Notes under the pieces: model-generated
Database searches by the model: none
Seen by the model: the letters and a program-made list of their open reading frames with translations, nothing else
Told to the model about the DNA's origin: nothing
Translations under genes and position numbers: made by a program
NCBI GenBank assembly: GCA_902826515.1
Contig: CADEFD010000003.1
Coordinates: forward strand, 968-64,967
Direction: 5' to 3'
Length of the DNA: 64,000 nucleotides
DNA from: an uncultured Acidobacteriota bacterium
GTDB lineage: Bacteria; Acidobacteriota; Vicinamibacteria; Vicinamibacterales; UBA2999
Shown: piece by piece, positions 26,326 through 33,637 of the stretch
How positions within the stretch are numbered: the stretch's first letter is position 1
Layout of the letters: the number at the start of each line of letters is the position of its first letter

Positions 26326-27319
26326 CGTCCTCATCACCGCCGGGTCGCGGCGGGTGCCGCTCGTGCGCGCCTTCCAGCGCGCCGTGGCGCATCACCGCGG
26401 CGGCAACGTCATCGTCACCGACGTGAATCCGCTGTCGCCGGCCGTGCACGCCGCCAACCGCGCCTACCGCGTGCCGCTCTCGGCCGCGCCGGGCTACATC
26501 GACGCCATTCTCGACATCTGCCTCGGCGAGCGGGTCTCGCTCGTCGTGCCGACCATCGACGACGAACTCGTGCTCTTCGGCGGCGCCGTCGCCCGCTTCC
26601 GCGAACACGGCATCCGCGTGGCGGTGTCACCCACGCCCACCTCGGCGCTCTGCGAAGACAAGTACGCGACCTGCCGCTACCTGCACGAACGCGGCATTCC
26701 GGCGGCGGCCTCGTGGCTGCCGTCCGACCTGCCGGCGGCGCCCGCGTTCCCGCTGTTCATCAAGCCGCGCCGCGGCCGCGGCAGCGTCGGCGCGCACGCG
26801 GTGCGCACACCGAAGGAGCTCGACTTCTTCTCCGGCTACGTGGCCGATGCCGTCATTCAGGCGTATCTCGACGGACCGGAGTTCACGATCGACATGCTCT
26901 GCGACTTCAGCGGCCAGCCGCTCAGCATCGTGCCGCGCCGCCGCGACGTGATCCGCGCCGGCGTCTCCGACCGCGGCCGCACGGTGAACGACCCGGCGCT
27001 CATCCAGGTGGCGCGCACCTGCGCGGCCACGCTGCCGTTTGCCGGCGCCGTCAACATCCAGTGCCGCCTCGTGGACGGCCAGCCGGTCATCTTCGAGATC
27101 AACCCGCGCTTCTCGGGCGGCATTCCGCTCACGATTCACGCCGGGGCCGATTTCCCGCGGATGCTGGTCGATCTCACGGCCGGCGTGCGCGTGGCGCCGG
27201 CCATCGGCAAGTTCCGCGACAACCTGTGGATGGCGAGCTACGAGACGTCGGTATTCCTCGACGGCAGCCGCGTCAGTCTTCCCGAATATCACCCGACCCG
27301 TGTTGAGGACGTAGCATGA
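26315..27319 (+). CDS. ATP-grasp domain enzyme
   Basis: MSLNVLITAGSRRVPLVRAF...LFIKPRRGRGSVGA...GPEFTIDML...GAVNIQCRLVDGQPVIFEINPRFSGG is the ATP-grasp fold pattern. Confidence 0.7.
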   Translation: MSLNVLITAGSRRVPLVRAFQRAVAHHRGGNVIVTDVNPLSPAVHAANRAYRVPLSAAPGYIDAILDICLGERVSLVVPTIDDELVLFGGAVARFREHGIRVAVSPTPTSALCEDKYATCRYLHERGIPAAASWLPSDLPAAPAFPLFIKPRRGRGSVGAHAVRTPKELDFFSGYVADAVIQAYLDGPEFTIDMLCDFSGQPLSIVPRRRDVIRAGVSDRGRTVNDPALIQVARTCAATLPFAGAVNIQCRLVDGQPVIFEINPRFSGGIPLTIHAGADFPRMLVDLTAGVRVAPAIGKFRDNLWMASYETSVFLDGSRVSLPEYHPTRVEDVA

Positions 27320-28035
27320 GTGCCCGCGCTGCCATCGTCGTTCAGGCCCGTATGGGCTCGTCCCGCCTGCCCGGCAAGTCGCTGGCGCCGATTGCCGGCC
27401 GGTCGCTGCTGGCGCACGTCGTCGAGCGGCTGGCCGATCAGCGGGAGCTCCCGGTCGTGCTCGCCACGACGACGCTCCTCGAAGACGACCTGCTCTGCGA
27501 CGAAGCCGACCGCCTCGGCATCGCCGTGCTGCGCGGCTCGGCCGACGACGTGCTCGGGCGCTATGCGTTCGCGGCGTCGCTGCTCGGCGTGCCGGCGATC
27601 ATCCGCGCCACCGCCGACAACCCGGCCGTGGACCTCGCCGCGGCCGTGCGCACGCTCGACATCCTGCAGCGGTCCGGCGCCGACTACGTCGTGGACTACG
27701 GCCTGCCCACCGGCGCGACCGTCGAGGCGATGAGCGTGCCGGCGCTCGTGCGCGCGGCGGCGCTCGCGACCGACGCCTACGACCGCGAACACGTGACGCC
27801 GTTCATCCGGCGCGACGGCCGCTCGCGGGCCGTGGACGCGCTGGCGCCCACAGAGCTGCGGCGGCCCGACCTCCGCTTCACCGTCGATACGCCCGAAGAC
27901 CTCGACTACATGCGCCGGGTCTACCTCGAGGCCGGGCCGGCCGAACGGCCGTGGCCGCTCGCCGCGCTCATCGCCGCGGCCGACCGCGTGCGCGAACGCG
28001 CCGAACTCGAACAGACGGGAGCAGATGCGCGGTGA
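27316..28035 (+). CDS. pseF: Cytidylyltransferase (PseF/SpsF-like CMP-nonulosonate synthetase candidate)
   Basis: AIVVQARMGSSRLPGKSLAPIAGRSLLAHVVERL...LRGSADDVLGRY is an acylneuraminate cytidylyltransferase-family N-terminus. Confidence 0.6.
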   Translation: MSARAAIVVQARMGSSRLPGKSLAPIAGRSLLAHVVERLADQRELPVVLATTTLLEDDLLCDEADRLGIAVLRGSADDVLGRYAFAASLLGVPAIIRATADNPAVDLAAAVRTLDILQRSGADYVVDYGLPTGATVEAMSVPALVRAAALATDAYDREHVTPFIRRDGRSRAVDALAPTELRRPDLRFTVDTPEDLDYMRRVYLEAGPAERPWPLAALIAAADRVRERAELEQTGADAR

Positions 28036-28862
28036 CGACGCCCCGACGTTTCTCCGACGCCGCGTTCCTGTTCAGCGTGCCGCTGACGGTGGCGCTCGTC
28101 GTCGGCGCGCAGTCGCTCGACGGCGGCCGGCTGGCGACGCTGCTGCAGCCGGCGGCGGCCCTCATCGTCTTCGGCGGCACGTTCGTGGCGGTGGTGTTCA
28201 GCTTCCCGCTGCAGCTCCTCGCCCGCACCGGCCGGGCGCTGGCGGCGGCGTTCGGACGGCGGCCCGAGTCGGACACGGCGCTGCTGGCGCGGATGGGGGA
28301 GTATGCGACGCGCGCCCGCACGCGCGGCAAGCTGTCGCTCGAGAACGAACTGGGGAAACACGACGATCCGTTCCTGCTGCGCGCGCTGTCGCTCCTCGTG
28401 GACGGCGTGCCGGCGGCCGACGTGCGCCACACCCTCAAGACCTTCAGCCAGGTGCGCGAAGAAGCCGATGCCGAATGTGCGCTCGTGCTCGAAGCCGCCG
28501 GCGGCTACGCCCCCACCCTCGGCATCCTCGGCGCGGTGCTCGGCCTCATCCAGGCCATGGATCACCTGACGACGCCGGCCAGCGTCGGCCCCGGCATCGC
28601 CGTGGCGTTCGTGGCCACGGTCTACGGCGTCGGCGCCGCCAACCTCGTGTTCCTGCCGCTGGCGACGCGGCTGCGCAGCCTCGGCCGCCAGGCCGCGCTC
28701 AGCCGTGAAGTCGTGATCGAAGGCGCCGTCGCCATCCAGCAGGGCATCCATCCCACGCTCGTCGACGGACATCTGCGCAGCCTGCTCATGGCCTGGCACG
28801 GCGCCCCGCACTACGCGGTGCCGACCGAGGCCACGACGCGGGCCCGTCTGGTGAAGTCATGA
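28032..28862 (+). CDS. motA: MotA/PomA-family stator protein (set 1, PomA/MotP-like)
   Basis: GGYAPTLGILGAVLGLIQAM...GPGIAVAFVATVYGVGAANLVFLPLATRL (MotA/TolQ/ExbB channel helices). GTG start in a GTGA overlap with the upstream stop. Confidence 0.85.
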   Translation: MTTPRRFSDAAFLFSVPLTVALVVGAQSLDGGRLATLLQPAAALIVFGGTFVAVVFSFPLQLLARTGRALAAAFGRRPESDTALLARMGEYATRARTRGKLSLENELGKHDDPFLLRALSLLVDGVPAADVRHTLKTFSQVREEADAECALVLEAAGGYAPTLGILGAVLGLIQAMDHLTTPASVGPGIAVAFVATVYGVGAANLVFLPLATRLRSLGRQAALSREVVIEGAVAIQQGIHPTLVDGHLRSLLMAWHGAPHYAVPTEATTRARLVKS

Positions 28863-29548
28863 ACATCCGGCTCTCCGCCACCCAGGTCTCGCGCGACCGC
28901 TGGCTCATCTCGTACGCGGACTTCATGACGCTGCTCTGCGCGTTTTTCATGACCGTCTACGCGGCCACCCTCGCCGAGACGCCGGCGGCCACGGCCGCCG
29001 CGCCCGTCGCCGCGGCCGCGCCGGCCGTCGAGACGGCGCCCGAGCCGCCGCCGGTCGATCCGTCAGTCGCGCTTCGCGAACAGGTGGAGCGGGCGCTGGC
29101 GCCGGAACTTGCCGCGGGATACCTGCAGCTCGTCGAGGATCCGCGCGGCCTCGTCATCGAAGTGCCCGAAGCCGGCGCGTTCGATGTGGGGCAGGCGGCG
29201 CTCGCGCCCGAGGCGCAGGCGATGCTCTCGCGCATCGCGACCATGCTCACGACGCTGCCGAACGCGGTGCGCATCGAAGGCCACTCCGACACGACGCCGA
29301 TCCGCACGCCGCAGTACGCGTCGAACTGGGATCTCTCGACCGCGCGCGCGACCAGCGTCGTCGAGTTCCTCGTGACCACGGCGGGCCTCGTGCCGTCGCG
29401 GCTGTCGGCCGCGGGCTACGCGGAGTTCAAGCCGCGCGCCTCGAACGACACGCCGGAGGGCCGGGCCCGCAACCGTCGCGTGGACCTCGTGCTGCTGAAC
29501 GACGCGACGGCACGCGCCGAGGAACCGGCAGGGAGCCTGCGGCCATGA
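28859..29548 (+). CDS. motB: MotB/PomB-family stator protein (set 1) with OmpA-like domain
   Basis: RWLISYADFMTLLCAFFM (conserved Asp in the TM helix). C-terminal OmpA motif (IEGHSDTTPIRT..NWDLSTARATSV...NRRVDLVLL). Confidence 0.9.
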   Translation: MNIRLSATQVSRDRWLISYADFMTLLCAFFMTVYAATLAETPAATAAAPVAAAAPAVETAPEPPPVDPSVALREQVERALAPELAAGYLQLVEDPRGLVIEVPEAGAFDVGQAALAPEAQAMLSRIATMLTTLPNAVRIEGHSDTTPIRTPQYASNWDLSTARATSVVEFLVTTAGLVPSRLSAAGYAEFKPRASNDTPEGRARNRRVDLVLLNDATARAEEPAGSLRP

Positions 29549-30693
29549 GGTGCCCGTTCACCAACGCGGAACTCGAGCGCCTGCTCGACCGGCCGGTGCG
29601 GCACCTGCTCGGCGCCGCGGATCGAAAGCGCTACTCGGGGCGGCGGCTGCTCATCACCGGCGCCGGCGGCTCGGTGGGCTCGGAACTCTCGCGCCAGCTC
29701 GCCGACTGCCGGCCCGAGGTGCTCACGCTCGTCGATCACTCCGAACTGCATCTCTTCGAGATCAGCAAGGAGCTGTCCGAACGTGTCCCCGGCCTGGCCA
29801 TCGAGCCGGTGCTCGCCGACATCTGCCAGGCGCCGCTCATGCGCCGCACGATCCTGCAGGCGTCGCCCGACGTGGTCTTCCACGCTGCCGCCTACAAACA
29901 TGTGTCGATGATGGAGCGCGATGTCTGCGCGGCCGTGGGCGCCAACGTCCTCGGCACGGCCAACGTGGTCGAGGCGAGCCGCGAGGCGGGCGCCCGCTTC
30001 GTGCTCATCTCGTCCGACAAGGCGGCCGCGCCGCGCAGCGTGATGGGGGCGACCAAGCGGCTGGCCGAACTCGTGGCGCTCGCCGCCACGCCCGGCGGCG
30101 CGCGGCCGATCGTGGTGCGTTTCGGCAACATCCTCGGCAGCAGCGGCAGTCTCCTCGCGATCTTCCGCGACCGCATCCGCCAGGGCCTGCCGCTCGCCCT
30201 GACCGACCCCTCGGCGACGCGCTACGTGATGACGGCCGGGGAAGCGGTGGCGCTCGTGATGAAGGCCGATCTGCTGGCCCGGCGTCCCGAGACCTACTGG
30301 CTCGACATGGGCGAGCCGATCGAGATCGGCGGCCTGACGGAGCGGCTGCTGGCGCTCGAGGCCGAGGCGGGATTCGCCCGCGTGCCGATTGAGATCGTGG
30401 GCCTCGGGCCCGGCGAGAAGCGGTGTGAGGAACTGACCACCCAGGGCCTGCGGATGTGCCCGACGGCGCACCGCCGCATCTGGGTGGCGCGCCAGAAGAC
30501 GAGCGACGGCGAGGCGGTCACGCGGGTGATCGCGCGGCTGCGGCGGATCGTGGAACAGGGCGACGCCGAGGCGGCGCTCGACCTGCTGGCCGGCGCGGTG
30601 CCCGATTTCGAAGCGAGCGATGAGGCGTGGGCGTGGGCCCGGCGCCGGAGCGCCCCGGTGGTCCGCCGCAGCGGACTGTCGCGGAGCGCATAA
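29545..30693 (+). CDS. pseB: CapD/Polysacc_synt_2-family UDP-GlcNAc 4,6-dehydratase (PseB/FlaA1-like)
   Basis: LLITGAGGSVGSELSRQL...FHAAAYKHVSMME...FVLISSDKAAAPRSVMGATKRLAE. ATGA overlap with the motB stop. Confidence 0.7.
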   Translation: MRCPFTNAELERLLDRPVRHLLGAADRKRYSGRRLLITGAGGSVGSELSRQLADCRPEVLTLVDHSELHLFEISKELSERVPGLAIEPVLADICQAPLMRRTILQASPDVVFHAAAYKHVSMMERDVCAAVGANVLGTANVVEASREAGARFVLISSDKAAAPRSVMGATKRLAELVALAATPGGARPIVVRFGNILGSSGSLLAIFRDRIRQGLPLALTDPSATRYVMTAGEAVALVMKADLLARRPETYWLDMGEPIEIGGLTERLLALEAEAGFARVPIEIVGLGPGEKRCEELTTQGLRMCPTAHRRIWVARQKTSDGEAVTRVIARLRRIVEQGDAEAALDLLAGAVPDFEASDEAWAWARRRSAPVVRRSGLSRSA

Positions 30694-30704
30694 CGGAGAC
30701 TGTT

Positions 30705-31829
30705 GTGCGGATTCTTCATCTCATGGCGTTCGTCAGCGGCGCGGCCGGCAAGGCCGTGGCCGAACTGGCGGTGGGGCAGAAGCGCGCCGGTCACCACGTG
30801 ACGGTCGTGACGTCGAAGACGCCGGCCGGCGGGGTGATGAACCAGCCGGTGCTCATGCGGAAGCTGAGCGACGGCGGCGTGTTCGTACACGCGGTCGATT
30901 CGCTGGCCTCGCGGCAGACCGCCCCCAATGCCGACGTGGTGCAGTTCATCCACGACCACCTCGGCACGGCGGCGGCCTTCGACGTGCTGCACACCCACGG
31001 CACGGTGCCGAGTGTCATCGCCATCGCCGCGGCGCGCCGGGTCACGGCCCGCGTGCCCATTCTGCAGACCTCGCACGAGTGGACGGTGTCGCGTCCGGGC
31101 GGCGGCCGCCAGGCCTACGACCTCGAGGTGATGAACCTCGTGGATCGCGCGGTCGTGCCCACGTGGTCGGTCGCCGAACACTTCGTGTCGCGCGGCGTCG
31201 TGCGGCGGCAGCTCGCCGTCGTGCCCTACGGCGTGCTGCCCGATCCGCCGCCCTCGTCGGGCGACATGCTCGAGCGCGAGATGCATGCGTGGCGCGCGGC
31301 CGGCGGCCTCGTGCTCTGCTATGTCAGCGCGACGACCACCTCGCACGACCAGCGCCTGCTGCTGAACGCGCTGCCGTTCGTGGACGCGCGCCTCAAGATC
31401 CTCTGCGTCTTCTTCGGTGGGCAGGAATCGCGGGCGACCGCGCCGTGGCCCACCGACGGCCCGGTCACCGTGCGCGTGGCGCCGCAGGAGGCCGCCGTGC
31501 GCCAGTACTCGCACGAAGCGGACTTCCTGGTGCTGCCGTCGGGCGACGGCGAACAGCCGCTCGCCGTGCTCGAAGCCTTCTGCGACCAGGTGCCGGTCGT
31601 AGCCAGCCGCGTGCCGGAACTCTCCGAGTTCATCGATGACGGGCAGACCGGCTGGCTCTTCGATCCGACCGACACGCGGGCGCTCGCCGAAACGCTGACG
31701 CTGGCGCGATCGACGGCGCCGCACGCGCTGCGCGCGCTCTGCCAGCGGGCCCGCGTGCGGTACCAGCAGGAGTTCACCATCGATCGGATGGTGACCGGCT
31801 ACATGCGCGAATACGCCCGGCTCGGGTGA
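30705..31829 (+). CDS. GT4-family glycosyltransferase
   Basis: VRILHLMAFVSGAAGKAVAELAVGQKRAGHHVTVV. C-terminal DFLVLPSGDGEQPLAVLEAFCDQVPVVASRVPELSEFIDDGQTGWL (E-x7-E). GTG start with a GGAG RBS. Confidence 0.8.
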   Translation: MRILHLMAFVSGAAGKAVAELAVGQKRAGHHVTVVTSKTPAGGVMNQPVLMRKLSDGGVFVHAVDSLASRQTAPNADVVQFIHDHLGTAAAFDVLHTHGTVPSVIAIAAARRVTARVPILQTSHEWTVSRPGGGRQAYDLEVMNLVDRAVVPTWSVAEHFVSRGVVRRQLAVVPYGVLPDPPPSSGDMLEREMHAWRAAGGLVLCYVSATTTSHDQRLLLNALPFVDARLKILCVFFGGQESRATAPWPTDGPVTVRVAPQEAAVRQYSHEADFLVLPSGDGEQPLAVLEAFCDQVPVVASRVPELSEFIDDGQTGWLFDPTDTRALAETLTLARSTAPHALRALCQRARVRYQQEFTIDRMVTGYMREYARLG

Positions 31830-31942
31830 GCACGCCGCGATGTCGGCGCGGCGACGGGCGCCGCGCGGCCAAGGGTCGGCGGACCGACATCCACAGGGTG
31901 CGAATTGCACAGGATTGTCGCCCGTGACCACCGCTACCTGAA

Positions 31943-31958
31943 CGGCACACTCGTTGCT
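31943..31958 (+). promoter_or_regulatory. Candidate sigma-54 promoter upstream of the pyruvyltransferase-MTase gene
   Basis: CGGCACACTCGTTGCT versus TGGCAC-N5-TTGCW, with exact spacing. It sits in a ~220-nt gap after the GT4 gene. Confidence 0.45.
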
Positions 31959-32051
31959 CAGTTGACGGGCATGGTTCTCCCAACCGTCCGTCACGAAGTT
32001 CCGCCGACCGGCGCCGACGCCGGACACCAGCGGCGCACCGGCCCGGCCACG

Positions 32052-33629
32052 ATGCCGCTGGCCGTCGGTCTCTTCAACGACAGCGGCGATGACGCGCAGG
32101 TCGTGAGCCTCGCCGTCTCGCAGGCCCACCGCCGCATGCTCCAGCGGGCCGGCGCCCACGTGCGCCACGCCTACTACCGCAGCGACTGGCAGGAACTCGG
32201 CACCGGCACCCTCGACGAGGCCGTCGCCGCCGCCCTGGCCTCGGCGGAACTGCGCCGCGTGTTCGCCGATGTCGATGTCATCGTCGTCGCCGGTGACACC
32301 TTCGCGAGCCGCGGCCACCGCCACCTCCTCGCGATCCTCGGCGCCGCCCAGCACCTCGACCTCCCGACCTACCTCGTGAATGCGACCATCGGGCCGCTCA
32401 CCGAAGGCCGCGAGATCCTGCAGGGCCTGGCCGACTGCACGGTGCGCGACCTGGCGACGAGCCGGGTGCTCAAGGCGCTCGGGATCGGCCATCGCCGTGT
32501 GCCCGACGCCGTCTTCGGCGCGCCCTTCGCGGCCACCGCCCGCCGCGACTTCTCCGATCACCTCGTCGTGACCGACTGCCACCCGTCGCGCCGTATCGAG
32601 TTCACGGCCGACCTGGCCGTCGTGCGCGGCGCCTGGCCGGGCATGGTGGCGGACTACCCGCTCGATGCGCCCGGCAGCACGCACGACTGGGCCTCCGCGG
32701 TGGCCGATCTCGGCACCGCCTCGGCCATCCTCACGGGCGGCCGCGACGGCGCGGCGCTGGCGCTGCGCGCCGGGGTGCCGTTTGTCGCACTCGGCCTGGC
32801 CGGCGAGGCCAACGACTTCATCGAGACGCTCGACGGCTATCCGGCGGCCGCGGCCGACCCGACGCGGTCGCTCGACGCCCGCCTGGCGTCGGCGATCGAC
32901 GCGCGGACCTGGTTTGTCGAGGCGGCGGCGCGCTGCCAGACGCGCGGTCCCGCCGATGCGTTCTCGCGGCTGCGCCCGAGCATGGCGCTCACCGGCCGCG
33001 ACGACACGTGGAGTGGCGCCATCGACGGCGCCGTGGACGTGGTGCGCGGGCTGACGCCCGCCGGCGGCAGTGTGCTGCACGCCGGCGCCGGCCAGGGGCA
33101 GCTCGTCGAAGCGCTGGCCCGCATCGGCCTGCGCTCGTGGGGCACCGATGTGGCCCGCCGGCTCGACCGGCCCGACCGCAATCGCTACTCGAAGGCAACG
33201 CCGATGGCGCTGCCGTTTGCCGACCACGTCTTCTCGACGGTGGTGGTGTCGGCCGACTGGCTCGAACATCTCGAAGCCGCCGACCTCGATGCCGCCGTCG
33301 CCGAACTGGCGCGCGTCGGCCGCGACACCCTTGTCGTCGAAGTCTCGGGCCGCCCGGTGCGCGCCGAACGCGCCTTCGCCGAGCGCCTGAGCGACGAGTG
33401 GTGGCGCCGCCGCCTCGGCACGCTGGGGCTCACGCCGCACGAAGCCTCCGATACGCTCGTCACGCACGGCGCCGGGCCCACCGGCGGCACGCTGCTCGTC
33501 ATGTCGGCGCACGCCCAGCTCTGCCCGAGCTGCCGGCGCGTGCATGCGCCGGTCGATCACGTGGAGCCGGTGCACGCCGGCGTGCTCATGGCCGCCGCCG
33601 AGGCGCGGGTCCTGTCGCTTCGCCGCTGA
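32052..33629 (+). CDS. Polysaccharide pyruvyl-transferase-like domain fused to a class I SAM methyltransferase
   Basis: N-terminal VDVIVVAGDTFASRG..AQHLDLPTYLVNATIGPL...CTVRDLATSRVLKALGI...VPDAVF (PS_pyruv_trans pattern). C-terminal GGSVLHAGAGQGQLVEAL...LPFADHVFSTVVVSADWLEHL (MTase motifs I-III). Starts at 31905 or 31971 are alternatives. Confidence 0.55.
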   Translation: MPLAVGLFNDSGDDAQVVSLAVSQAHRRMLQRAGAHVRHAYYRSDWQELGTGTLDEAVAAALASAELRRVFADVDVIVVAGDTFASRGHRHLLAILGAAQHLDLPTYLVNATIGPLTEGREILQGLADCTVRDLATSRVLKALGIGHRRVPDAVFGAPFAATARRDFSDHLVVTDCHPSRRIEFTADLAVVRGAWPGMVADYPLDAPGSTHDWASAVADLGTASAILTGGRDGAALALRAGVPFVALGLAGEANDFIETLDGYPAAAADPTRSLDARLASAIDARTWFVEAAARCQTRGPADAFSRLRPSMALTGRDDTWSGAIDGAVDVVRGLTPAGGSVLHAGAGQGQLVEALARIGLRSWGTDVARRLDRPDRNRYSKATPMALPFADHVFSTVVVSADWLEHLEAADLDAAVAELARVGRDTLVVEVSGRPVRAERAFAERLSDEWWRRRLGTLGLTPHEASDTLVTHGAGPTGGTLLVMSAHAQLCPSCRRVHAPVDHVEPVHAGVLMAAAEARVLSLRR

Positions 33630-33637
33630 GGTCCGCC

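Noticed and set aside
30294-33575. 1093-aa minus-strand ORF antisense to the GT4 and pyruvyltransferase-MTase genes
   Set aside because: It has no recognisable motifs and an Arg/His/Gly/Ala-biased composition. It lies opposite genes with strong family signatures and proper GC3 bias. I treat it as a shadow ORF. The same reasoning applies to 59973-62246 (antisense to uvrA), 46154-48826, 38979-40856, 1210-2775, 8128-9312, 3095-4747 and similar entries in the track.
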